64,000 bases of DNA. It comes from Vezdaea acicularis (taxonomy: Eukaryota). This document shows positions 30,668-42,286 of this stretch, piece after piece (position 1 is the stretch's first letter; each line of letters opens with the position of its first letter). The DNA lies in assembly GCA_026025075.1 (NCBI GenBank), contig JAPEUI010000004.1:124001-188000 (forward strand), read 5' to 3'. Both the position numbers and the translations under genes were made by a program. Under the pieces are notes generated by a model. The model had not been told where the DNA came from. It was given only the letters and a program-made list of their open reading frames with translations, and made no database searches.

Positions 30668-33081
30668 ATGTCGCACGCGATGTATTCACAGCAACACGCC
30701 GCGATGCCCCCGCCGCAGAAGCCGGAGACCTTCATGCTGTCTAACGAAGCGCAACAGAGCCTTCCGCAAGACGCCCAGGTCGCCCTTCAGCAGGTGGATA
30801 ATTGTATGTGACACTCCTTGATCGCAGCAGACTTTCACGTGGGTGGATGACGTTTGCATCGGCCGAAAAGTCTTCTTTTCTCCGTCCATATGTGCTGACT
30901 CGGTGTGCAGTGAAATATTTCCTCATCTCCGCCCCGGTAGACTGGACGACCGATCAATACATTCGCAGATTTCTGCTTCCCACCGGCGAATACGTTTCTT
31001 GCGTGCTATGGTCCGTGACGTTTTCCGCCTCTCTTTGAGATCGCCACCGCTAACATGCTTGCAGGAACAATCTCTTCCACATCTCCGGCACGGACATTGT
31101 GCGATGTCTCTCTTTTCGATTTCAGGCATTTGGCCGACCCGTCAAGAACTCCAAGAAATTCGAGGAAGGCATCTTCTCGGACTTGCGCAATCTGAAGTCT
31201 GGGACCGACGCGTCGTTGGAGGAGCCGAAAAGTGCCTTCCTCGACTTTCTCTACAAGAACAACTGCATCCGAACGCAAAAGAAGCAGAAGGTCTTCTACT
31301 GGTATAGCGTGCCGCATGACCGCTTGTTCTTGGATGCTCTCGAGCGCGATCTGAAGCGGGAGAAGATGGGTCAGGAAGCCACGACGGTAGCGGTCAACGA
31401 ACCGGCGCTGTCCTTTGAATTTGATTCCTCGCAATCACTATTCGAGCAGCTCACCAAGGCCCAGCAAGCAAACACCTCCTCGTTTGCTCCTCCTAACGCC
31501 AACCCTTCCTACTCCCAGTCTGCATCTCCTGTCATGCGCGCCGTCGACTCCATGCCGCCTCCCCAGTTGATCCCGAATCAGTTGTCCATGTCCGCTACGT
31601 CCAACCCCATGTCGGCCATCTCCAACCCTATGTCGGCGGTGTCAAATCCAATGTCTGCGGTATCGAATCCCATGTCTGCCATTTCAAACCCAATGTCCGC
31701 CGTTTCTAACCCGATGTCAGCGGTCTCGGACGACATGAGCCAGGCGGGCTTCGGGCAGATGTCCATGCCTGGCTCCATGGGTGGGCATGCTGCGGTTAAA
31801 CGCGAAGACTATCAGATACAATACGACCGCAACGGCATTCCCATCTCACGAGCACACCAGCGTCACGCTTCGATGCCCACGTACATGGAGTACTCGCCGG
31901 CGCCTTCATTTGTCTCATCGCACTGGGATGACTATAGCAACCGGGGCATCTCATACGAGCCGATCACTCCCCCTCAACAAGGCAATCCGCTCGCTACCGA
32001 GCCAGCTTACATTGCAAACGAGGATACCGGTCTATATACTGCTATTCCAGACGTCAATTCTGGAAATACTTCATATGGCGTCATGCAGCTTCCTCCTTCA
32101 AACCTGTCTGGGGGTCAATACCCCTCCGCTGCACGGGGATACGGCGCAAATAACGTCTATTCGGTAATTGAAGGCTCGCCAACCTACAAGCAACGCCGGC
32201 GTCGGTCGTCTTTGACTCCTGGAATCAGCGCGGCGACTGCTGCAGCTGCTGCCACCGGGACCTCCCACCCCGCTCACCGGCCCAGCGAGCTCCGCCGCTC
32301 CGTCTCTAGCTCCGTCGTACCGAATGTGGAAGGCGATGATCTCGTGCGACACTCCTCGCCTAGCCTTACGAACGCTTATGCGATGCAGATGTCGCAGCAC
32401 AAAGAACTGATGGAGATGTCTCGCCACGGCACCCCAATGCAGACGCTAGAAGGTAGCCCGGCGCCGATGATGATGCACGAGAGCCTTGCCCATCTCAACA
32501 ATGGTGACGCGGGAGATTTGGACGGCGAAAGACGGCACGGCCCCAGCGGCGTGATGCGACGGGCTCGAAGCGCTACGGTCATGGAACTTGGCCCGTACCC
32601 GCAGAAATCCCATTCGTGCCCGATCCCGACCTGCGGGCGCCTATTTAAACGTCTCGAGCATCTCAAGCGGTAAGCCTTGCTTATGCAGATACCCTTCCAT
32701 CAACCTAACTTTGTGAACAAAATACTTATGCATATATATAGACACGTGCGCACGCACACCCAAGAGCGGCCCTACATTTGTCAGCACTGCAACAAGGCTT
32801 TCTCGCGATCTGACAACCTCGCGCAGCACCGGCGCATCCACGAGAGCAAGGAAGGCTCGCTGGACCAGTACGGAAACTACGATGAAGAGGAGATGGAGGG
32901 CGAAGATGATCAGCTGCCGGCGCTCGAAGAGGCGTCTCCCGGCTCTGAGCAAGGCTACCTCCCCACCTCCATGCCAAACATGAGCCACAACATGGCCAGT
33001 TCGTCCATGGGCATGCACACGCTCGCCGCGCCTAGCCAACTGGTCAGCAACCAGCAGCAGATGATTCAGCAACACATATAG
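30668..33081 (+). CDS. STE12: Ste12/SteA transcription factor (STE domain plus two C2H2 zinc fingers)
   Basis: Exons 30668-30803, 30911-31010, 31065-32669 and 32742-33081. STE domain [12 protein letters not shown]...[15 protein letters not shown]...[28 protein letters not shown]. Fingers [23 protein letters not shown] and [21 protein letters not shown]. Confidence 0.97.
31600..31725 (+). repeat. Coding tandem repeat, 6 x 21 bp, encoding (SNPMSA[I/V])6 within Ste12
   Basis: Units start at 31600, 31621, 31642, 31663, 31684 and 31705. Confidence 0.95.
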
Positions 33082-34581
33082 ACCCCTCTCCCTCCATCTG
33101 CCTGCCTGCCTGCCTGCGTTCGATACTCTTCCCCAAAAGCATCATTCCCCCGCCTGCCCCTTGTTGCTCTAGACCAACCATTCAACCGATCGAGATTCTC
33201 GTTTCCTTTCTGTCCTGCATACCCCTTTCCTAGATTACTGCATCCTCATAATTTCCCTTTGCCCCCTTCTTCCTCCTCCTCCCACACCACCTCTCCCTCC
33301 GCCACCTCTTTATCCCTCCACCTTTGTCCTCACGGCCGCCTCTTTGGTCGCTGCTCGCAGGTTTTTTCGGATTCTTGTCTTGCCTATGCAGCGATTGATC
33401 CCCCCTTGTACCCCCATCCCTTTTTTTTCCCTTTCCCCTTTTCTCTTTCCCTTTCTCCTGCCTGCGCTCCCCTTTTACTTTGCTCTCTGGCTTTTTTTTT
33501 CCTTGCGAAACGATGCGACGATTTCCTTTTAGGGCCCGGGGTCGGGACTTCCATTTACTTCACTTGCCTGACTCTCACTCCTCGTGGCTGCGGCTGCGAT
33601 TGTAGTCATGGTGGTGATGGTCACCCGCCCCCGCCCCCGGCGCCCCGTCGATATACGCTGTACGCTATCTCGTCCAAGTTTCGCGGTGGTCGGGAACGGC
33701 CAGTAGCAGTACGGAGGACGACGGACGGCGGTTGTCGGCGGTGGCGCATGTAAGCTGTAGTAGAAACCACAAACATACAAAAATCCGAAAATGCACAATT
33801 TTACACTCACATCCCACCATGCTCCGCACGTGAACAAAGAGAAAAGAGAAGGGAGGTGGGTGATATATCACGTGCCTGCCTGCCTATCTACCTGCTTGAT
33901 ACGATTCTGAAACGCCCTCTGTGGTGACGCTTTGTCCCGACGACGACGTCTGTTTGTTCTGACGGTAGATGACTCGTGGATTCCCCACGTTTCGGATTTA
34001 CTTACTTACTCTCTCGGATGATGATGCACACGAAACTCAACTCATGTGACCACTGTAATTGACAGAAAAATCCCCGTTTTCTACCGGTTACGTCGGCGGT
34101 GTTCTCGTCCCTCTTTACCCGCTGTAGACAGTCACCGAGAGCGGGGAGGGAAGGCGGTGGTGTAGCGCGGGGCATCCGAGTGATTGGTTCAAAAAGGGCA
34201 GGTATCCTATCCGAGTAAATTTACTGATGTTTGTTTGATTGATTGATTCATGCGCTACTGGAAAAACGTCTTTAAGGAGAAAACAGGCTACATCTCATTC
34301 ATTAGACAAGAACGCCGGGAGCTTGCTTATTCCCCTTGTGCCCGCCCTTCCCACCCCCTCACCTCCCCTTTCTTCGCTCATTCCGCTTGGTTCATGATAC
34401 TTGTACAATATAGAGAGCTCCACAAAAAAAATGACAGACATGCCTCGTAGAACGCAGCACGACCATCGCCCGTCACCCATCGCCATCGTCGCGGTATGAA
34501 AAAGAAAAACGGAGAAGATGAAATCGTCCAAATGATCAGAGGCTAGTTGACGCACTTCCTTTAGCCAGGTAGCAGACCACA

Positions 34582-34743
34582 TGTGACTTTTCCTGACTCA
34601 AGCATATCGATAAGACGGCCAGGAGTGGAGACACCTCCGTATACGCCAGTATTTCGAAACGGAGATAAATTTCCAAACTTAGTGATCTCTTGCTGGATCC
34701 GGACAGCCAATTCTCGTCTGGGTGCCAGGACAAGGACAAAAGG
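34582..34743 (-). pseudogene. Degenerate fragment of a DEAD-box RNA helicase (Dbp2/p68 type), motifs Ia-GG-Ib
   Basis: Translates [54 protein letters not shown], versus recalled Dbp2 [38 protein letters not shown]...[22 protein letters not shown] saw no other helicase motifs nearby. Confidence 0.85.
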
Positions 34744-34859
34744 AGAAGAAAAGAGACAAAGAAGGCTCGCTCTACCAAACGTGCATTCACGCTCGGTATG
34801 ACGTGCCAACCCGTCTGAATGGATAATTATTAGTATGATGTAGAGTAAATTCGATCGGA

Positions 34860-36368
34860 TTAGAAGGCAGGCCCTTGGATATTAATGCCTTTCCACGGGC
34901 GAGCCGTCAGACAGGCGTCCTTGTTGCCCCAGCTCTCCTCGCTGTCCACATCACTCGTCCGCGATTCGCATGAGCCGTTGCGCGTGTGCGAGCGGACGAG
35001 GAGCAGAGACGAAGACGAGCTAAAGCGCTTGGTGAAGTCGGCCATGTTCATCGGCTTGCCCTTGTTGGAGGAGGCAATGCTGACGACGCTGCGCCGGCGC
35101 TCGTCGTCGTTGGGGGTGGTGTTTGCGAGGAAGGTGGTGCGGTTGGATTGAGGGATGGCCATGGAGGTTGGCCGTGGGGGCCGAGTGGGGGGCGCCTGTC
35201 GTGGCCGAGCGGCAATGTAGTCGAGGGCTCGCTGGGCGGGTGAGGGGATAGGTTCGGGGTAGTCCGAAAGCGAGGCCTCCTCGTCGAGTTTTCGCATGTC
35301 GGACTGCTGCATCAGGGCTTCAAAGCGCGAGATGGATGAGATCTTGGGGCCTTCTTCTGAGACCGTGTCCGGGTTGGGAATGACGTTCAGCATGAAAGCT
35401 CGGTCAAGAATGCTCTCGGGCGGGGGAGCGGCCTTGACTGGATTTGGAACCGTGGACACGGCCCGTATATGGTCGAGAACGTGCATATGCTTCTTGACCG
35501 GGTAGTCCTCCATCTCCGGAGAAGATATGTCCCGATTCCGGTTGTTCGAAGATGGCCGGCTCGAGTTCGCGCTCTGCGATGAGCGGAATGACCCTCGGAC
35601 GCTACGCTGAGCTGATCGAGACGGGGCGCTCCTCGATGAGAGGTTGTTCTCACCCTGGCGAGAAGATGATCCTGATTTGGAGCCCGATCCGGTTCCACGA
35701 CTGCCCTCCCTCATCGCCCATGGCAATTGAGGCGAGGGGCTCTCGAGGCCGGCCGTGTGGATACGAAGGCCATCGTACCAATCAAATACACTCAGGGAAT
35801 CATCTTGAGCGTTTCGAAAGACGAGAGCCTTCGATCGTGTCTTGGTCGAGCTGACCGAGCCCGAACGGCTCGATTGTCTCTTATCGCCCCGTTTCGTGTC
35901 TGGCTTTTCGATCTCGACGGTGATGGTGAGGGTGGAGACGATGGAGCCGTCCTTGCCCACCGCGTCATCCTCGATGCTACATCCTAGGACCGCCGTTGAG
36001 GGATATGAGGCGAGCGGTTCTCGGTCACCCTAGCGATATGACTATTAGCTTTCGGATGAACGATTGAATTGGGCTTCACAAACCCTTTGCTTGTAAATAC
36101 TGAACCAACAGTCTTGGGGAGGCAGGTCACCGAGGTCCAAGGGCGACGCCGGCTTCGATTGTTTCTTCGACTTCAGTTTTGTTGACGACGACCCTTGAAC
36201 AACCGGTGGTGGCCGCTTGGTGCGTCGGTTTGGGCCCAACACGACATATCGCGGCTGAGGAGATCAGTATGATATCTCGATTGAGAAAGCGCCGGCCAGA
36301 CGTACCTTCCATGCGTTCTTCCCAATCAAGGAACTACGTTCCGGGGGCACGCATAAGGCGCCCTCCAT
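34860..36368 (-). CDS. Conserved Pezizomycotina hypothetical protein with N-terminal PH-like domain and disordered C-terminus
   Basis: Exon 1 (ATG 36368) is [21 protein letters not shown]. After intron 36305-36255 it continues PRYVVLGP...WFSIYKQR. After a second intron it reads GDREPLASY...TLTI...LVFR...FDWYDGL. This follows the PH-fold pattern (EG.L..., WK.RYVVL, C-terminal helix W). Confidence 0.75.
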
Positions 36369-37290
36369 GTGTCTCGGTCTTGGGCGGTTTGACGAGGGGA
36401 CTGCAGGGATGGGGGGGCATGCAAGACGAGGCGTCTCATCGAAGCGAGGGACGACAACGGAAGGAGCGATGGGGGACCAGCCAGACTCTGAGGATGTGGA
36501 CGTCGACGGGAAGAGCGACGATGGTTTTATATGAAGGTGTCGAGCGGATTGATGGCCTCGGGCGGAGCGTGGAGCACGAGAAGGTGGAGGTTGAGCAGGA
36601 AAGGATGACGGAACATGGCTCTGAAAAAAAGCGACGTTTCGACGTGGGAGAAGGAATGGGTGCTAGCCGGCTAGTGTCGCGCAGCCTTCCGCCCAGGGCC
36701 TCCAGGGCGAGTGCGTGGAAAGGCGTGGGAGGCCGGCGGAAAGTGTTAGCGCCGGGCGAAACCAAGCAAAGGCCGAGAGAGGGCGACAAACGCGAGGCCG
36801 CCGCTGCTGATGATCGCCGATGCGACTCCATAGCGGCCGCCCCTGTGCCAGGTCCGTCTCCCATGCCATGCTCCCGGATGCTATTCTCAGCGCGCCCCGA
36901 TCGCCCATCTCTTCCCCCCCCGACTGACGGCACTGGTGTATCAGAACTTGTTTACAACGTCTGTGAGCATGTCTGAGTCTGTGAGCATGCGCGCGATTGG
37001 GGCCCTGTTGCGCTCCTGACGAGCGCGGAACCAAAGAGGGCGCCTTGCACGCAACCCCCCACCCGCCGTTCGAGAGGCTTCCTGCGCGCCGACGCCGTCC
37101 GTCCTCCTCGTCCAGACCTGCTCCCTATCGAGCTGGTCGACTGAACCCCTCCACCTTCCTCCTGCTGCTCCGACGCACGGCCCCGTGCCGAACGACTGCT
37201 CCGAGCCGGATTGCATATGCGCTCACCCCACACGTGCGCGCGCGGAACGTCCGACGACGCCAATATCAAAGCTTCTCATGCTGCGATACA

Positions 37291-37345
37291 TGCTACTGCT
37301 GCTGCTGCTGCTGCTGCCACTGCCACTGCCGCCGCCGCCGCCGCC
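37291..37345. repeat. Compound trinucleotide microsatellite (GCT)n(GCC)n
   Basis: Seen directly; an (AG)n run follows at ~37408-37423. Confidence 0.85.
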
Positions 37346-39929
37346 CGGTCGATGAGACCAGCAGCTAGCCAACGTCAGTCAGGCCCAGGCATTGCATACC
37401 AGACCAAGAGAGAGAGAGAGAGACCAGATGCAGCGTCGTGAGAGCGTTTGGGCAGGCGTGCAATCTATTCATTTGGCTCCATTCTCCCGCTTCCCGTCGT
37501 CGACCATCCACGAAGGCAGCCTGTCCCGCCAACGACCCCCACTCGCTCCATGGCGCTCGGTATTGAGGCGCAACTGCGATGGTCGGTCTCGTCGCAAATT
37601 TTCGTTTGATGAGAGCGTGCAGGGCCGCCAGGGACTTGCCAAGGGAGGAGCATGACAGAGACGGGGAGCGCGCCAGGATTTCGATGCCAGGCCCTCCCCG
37701 GTCTAGCGCGCCCGTTTTGGGCCAGGTGTGCGCCGGCGAGGGCAGGCGAGGGCGGGCTAGGATCGCGACCCCGGAATCTCCAGAAAAGAGAGAAGCCCGA
37801 CTGAGCGGCGCTAGCAGCCGTCGCCATCATCCTCACGTCCGCTCCACGCACCCTCCACGCTCCCTTCACACTCCCCTTCACGAGGGAACGGGGTGGTCGG
37901 GGGGGGTATACCGGTCTGTCGAGACCGGAAGGATCATGGCGCGGTTCGGAAGCGGCGGCCGTGGCCCTCACCCTCGCAACCCTTTCCTCTCGTCCTCGCC
38001 GGCGCTGGCTGCACGCCGTCCGCCCGTTACCACGGCGCACCCGTGATTATCGCCCTGGCCAAAGGGGTCGCCCATCCGTCCCGGCCGCCGCCGCGTTGGA
38101 GCTCGTTGCATGTCTCGGCCAGGAGCTCAATTTCGCAGAAATTTTTTGCTTGCTCTTGCAGAAGTCCGGCGGGTTCAAGGGCTGAACGGTCGTCGTGTGA
38201 TCGACGGGCCCGTCGCAACTCCCCCTTACCCCCCGCGCGCCGACTACGCTGCAACGGGACATCGTGCGAAGGAGATTGCCCGCACGGCCACGCCAGCCGC
38301 AGGAGAGGCAGCAGCAGCGCGAGGAGCGACTGGCACGGCGGCCCCCCGTTCGCCGACTAGCAGCTCCCGTTCCATGGTTAAAGCGCGTGCTGACGCTAAC
38401 TCGAGCGCAGGGTCCATGCCCTTCCTCCAGTGCGCCTTCCTAGACCGACCCCCGAAATAATTCTGGATCAGATAAGCACATGTGATGCGCTGATCCGGCC
38501 ACTTGCAGCGTCGAAGGAATGCGAGCACCGCGTCGCCTGATGAAACAGGAACGACTCGCTCGAACGAGCGCAACAACAACACATGTCCACGTCAGTACTC
38601 GATGCCAGAGCACTTTCCCTCGGCCATCTCCCTCCCTCTTACGACCCCGTCGGACGCGAATGCTGTTCTGCTATCACCCCACCGAGGGGCGCTGCGGTCG
38701 ATCGGACGGAGGCTGACCAACCAAACGGCGTCTGCGCAGACCAGAGATTCTTCCGGTGTTTCGGAAAAAAGGAAGGCGTGACCAGAGCCACAAGCATGAT
38801 CAGGCAAAGCAGAGACAGCGCTCGGACGATGGCGCAGGTGGTCGGACGCCTGCTGGACCGTCGCCCGACCTTCCTCTTCCAGACGTAGGGCGGAGCCTCC
38901 TGGGGACACAAGAAGCAAGCAGCGCTTCTCAGCCCTTTGACCCATTGTTCTCCACACTCTAGTCGTTGTCGCTTTCCCCGGACCCTGCCTTTGGGGTTTC
39001 AGCGCCAACTGCTCCATCCGGCTTATCGTCCGTTCCCGATGTGACATCTCCCGCATGCTCGGACGTCATCATGGAGACGGTATCTAGAGACGCTAGTCGG
39101 GCGTATCTGTCTTAACTGCTCATGTTGATACACTTTCATTCCGAAGGAGTAGCTGGACTGAACGATCCACCCCCTCTAGTGAAAGACCTCTTCGTTTCAT
39201 GGAAGTGGTTTTCGTAGGGATTATCATGATAGACATAGAACTGGTGATCCTTCGCAGTCACATTCTTTGTGCGAAGTTGATAGCACCGTAGGCATGAACC
39301 CCAGAGAAGTCCCGAAGAGCCTGTACTACCACTGTCTCGCTTAGCTAAATCTGCAATTTAATCTGGATGTCGGTCAAGTGCAATTGAAGGTGGGGCTGCC
39401 GTTGGTGGTTCCCTTCAAGCTTCGTAGTGTTCGAGTAGAACTGAGTCTGTCCCACGCCCTCAGTATGTCGCTCATGGATATCGGTCCAAGCCTACTCCAA
39501 ATCTAACTCATAAAATCCTAGCTTGGAGTACCAGCTCCAATACTCATACGCATATAATTCTGGACGACAATATGGATAGAAGGTACAAGCATATTCGTTT
39601 TCCTGCCTGATGTGAACCCGTGGACTATGAATCTGAATGCGGTCCTTGGTTTCTATTCGGACTCAGATCTCGAGGCACTAGCGATTATACAGCATCATTA
39701 AGACCCTAAATTACTTGCATTTGCCCATTGAGCTTTTAATGACTTTAAAAATTGGACAGGAGATGTCCAGAATATTGGGCATTTTATCAAGGTGACAGCT
39801 ACAAGACGATGAAGGAATTTGGGAAGTCTGCCAAGCCTTGAAGGAACGCGTCAAAGTGCTTCTCGCTTCACGTCACATCTCCCAACCCAACCCCACATAT
39901 ACTCACGGCACGACCGTCCGCAGCCAAAA

Positions 39930-41327
39930 ATGGCCAAAGCAGAATCTTCCACGTCCGCCGCGGGCAAGGCTCTGAAGGCTCAGGCCCAGACGAACGGCGC
40001 GGGCCAGATGCAGGAGCTTCCCTGGTGAGATCGCCTGGGCCCATTTGGGAGAGAAGAGAGCTAAGACATATCATCAGGGTTGAAAAATATAGACCGGTGT
40101 ACTTGGACGATATCGTCGGAAATACGGAAACGATAGAGCGGCTGAAGATTATTGCGAAAGATGGGAACATGCCGCATATCATCATCTCGGGCATGCCGGG
40201 GATTGGGAAGACGACGTCGATCTTGTGTCTCGCGCGCCAGCTGCTCGGTGACGCATACAAGGAAGCGGTGCTGGAGCTCAATGCTAGTGACGAACGAGGT
40301 ATATCACTCTGAGTATACTTGGGCACATCGAGCAAGAGTAGGCGCTGACCGGCACTAGGAATTGACGTTGTGAGAAACCGCATCAAAGGCTTCGCGCAGA
40401 AGAAAGTCACCCTCCCCCAAGGGCGCCAGAAGATCGTGATCCTCGACGAAGCAGACAGGTACTCCCCCTCGAAAAATCCCCCACAAGCTCTAGCTAGATC
40501 CCCATAAACTCAACTGACATCAAACCCCCCCCCCCGGAAAAGTATGACATCGGGCGCCCAACAAGCCCTCCGCCGCACGATGGAGATCTACTCGTCCACG
40601 ACGCGCTTCGCCTTCGCCTGCAACCAGTCGAACAAGATCATCGAGCCGCTCCAATCGCGCTGCGCCATCCTCCGGTACGCGCGCCTGACGGACGCGCAGG
40701 TCGTCAAGCGGATCATGCAGATCTGCGAGGCGGAGGCGGTGGAGCACAGCGAGGACGGCATCGCCGCCCTCGTCTTCTCCGCCGAGGGCGACATGCGCCA
40801 GGCCATCAACAACCTGCAGAGCACCTGGGCCGGCTTCGGCTTCGTGTCGGGCGACAACGTCTTCCGCGTCGTGGACAGCCCGCATCCCGTCAAGGTGCAG
40901 GCGATGATCAAGGCGTGTTGGGAGGGCAAGCTGGACGCGGCCTTGGAGACGTTGACGGAGTTGTGGTGAGTTGCATGGCATCCTGAAACCAGCTGGTCGG
41001 GGCAACGCGGGTTGACGGAGTGGGGCGCGCGCGCAGGGACCTGGGATACTCGTCTCACGATATCATCAGTACGATGTTCAAGGTCACGAAGACGGTCAAC
41101 ACTCTCAGCGAGCATTCGAAACTCGAATTTATCAAGGTAAGATCTATCTCTCGTTCGATTCTGACCGTGTAGGCTTCTCCAGGTGGCTGACAAGCTACAC
41201 GTAGGAGATTGGGTTCACGCATATGCGTATCTTGGAAGGGGTGCAGACATTCCTTCAGCTGGCCGGCTGCTTGGCGAAGCTGTGCAAGATCAACATGCCG
41301 CCAAAGTTGTTCGTACCCCCCAAGTGA
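39930..41327 (+). CDS. RFC4: Replication factor C small subunit (yeast Rfc4 type), multi-exon
   Basis: Motifs [18 protein letters not shown] (Walker A), [35 protein letters not shown] and LQSRC. Last exon [19 protein letters not shown] ends at TGA 41325-41327. Confidence 0.95.
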
Positions 41328-41364
41328 TTATGAATCCTATCCATCGAGAGAATAGTAGTGGTGG

Positions 41365-41388
41365 TGATGATGATGATGATGATGATGA
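41365..41388. repeat. (TGA)8 microsatellite just downstream of RFC4
   Basis: Eight exact units. Confidence 0.9.
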
Positions 41389-41745
41389 GATTCTGGACAT
41401 GTCTTGAAAGGTCTCCTCGTTTCTTCAAATGGGAGACATAGCGGGCCATGGAGCACAGGTTGGCGTTCTCGATGGATTTCAGGCATTTAAAGCGGTGCTA
41501 TAGGGGGCAACGCAAGACTCTACGTGGATTGCCGGCCCAGCCCAATTGCAGTTTCGCCTCTCATGATATGGCCTTCTCTCCGGCGATCTTTTATCCCTTC
41601 TCGAGAAAAGTTTGGCTCTCTGCCCTTGCAGCATAAACAAGAGACCAGCGTACCGTGTTCGACGCAGCACGTCGAGTCGAGGTAGTACCCAGCAAGGACT
41701 TCGAATCGGAAGCTACCGTCGGGCTATTCCAAATCTTCTATCATA

Positions 41746-41825
41746 CAGTGGGGGGGGGCAAAAGTCTAAATACACCTTGGCCTCGCTTCACGCGCCGAAG
41801 TGTATTCAGACTTCTGCCCCCACTG
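41746..41825 (+). mobile_element. 80-bp MITE with impala/mimp-like Tc1-mariner terminal inverted repeats (copy 1)
   Basis: TA|CAGTG(G)8CAAAAGTCTAAATACAC, a 24-bp spacer, then GTGTATTCAGACTTCTGCCCCCACTG|TA. TA target duplication on both sides. Confidence 0.85.
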
Positions 41826-42205
41826 TACGAACGATGAGAAGGCGAAGAAGGAAGCCAACCTTCTAATACCTTTTTGTTCACATATAATGATTGAAATCTA
41901 CTAGATCATGTGTGTAGCAGCAGAGGCTTGTGAGGAACGTCAGAAGATCTATGAGATGTACCTAACATTGACAATGTAGCCTTTTTTTTATCAGTGGCTG
42001 CTTTAGTTGCTAGAACTGGCGCTGGAGGCCATTTGGCACCTCTTTTAGTGTGTGACATGCTTCCAGGTGGAGTGGAGGCTTCTAGAAGATCTTAGGGTGA
42101 CTGGTTCTCTGGGGACTGTGGGCTTTGTTCTTAGATCCTAGGAACAAACGCAAAGGAGACATCTGAGCTGAGATCCTAGCTCAGGAGGTCGGTGGCTTAG
42201 TTACA

Positions 42206-42286
42206 CAGGGGGGGGTGCAGAAGTCTGAATACACTTCGGTGCATGAAGCAAGGCCAAGGTGTATTCAGAATTTTGCCCCCCCGCTG
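42206..42286 (-). mobile_element. 81-bp MITE, second copy in inverted orientation
   Basis: The reverse complement aligns with 41746-41825 along its full length, including the spacer. TA flank at 42287-42288; the other flank reads CA. Confidence 0.82.

Noticed and set aside
39060..39820. Lower-GC stretch upstream of RFC4 as a possible transposon relic
   Set aside because: The frames I translated gave no recognisable motif, and I saw no terminal repeats.
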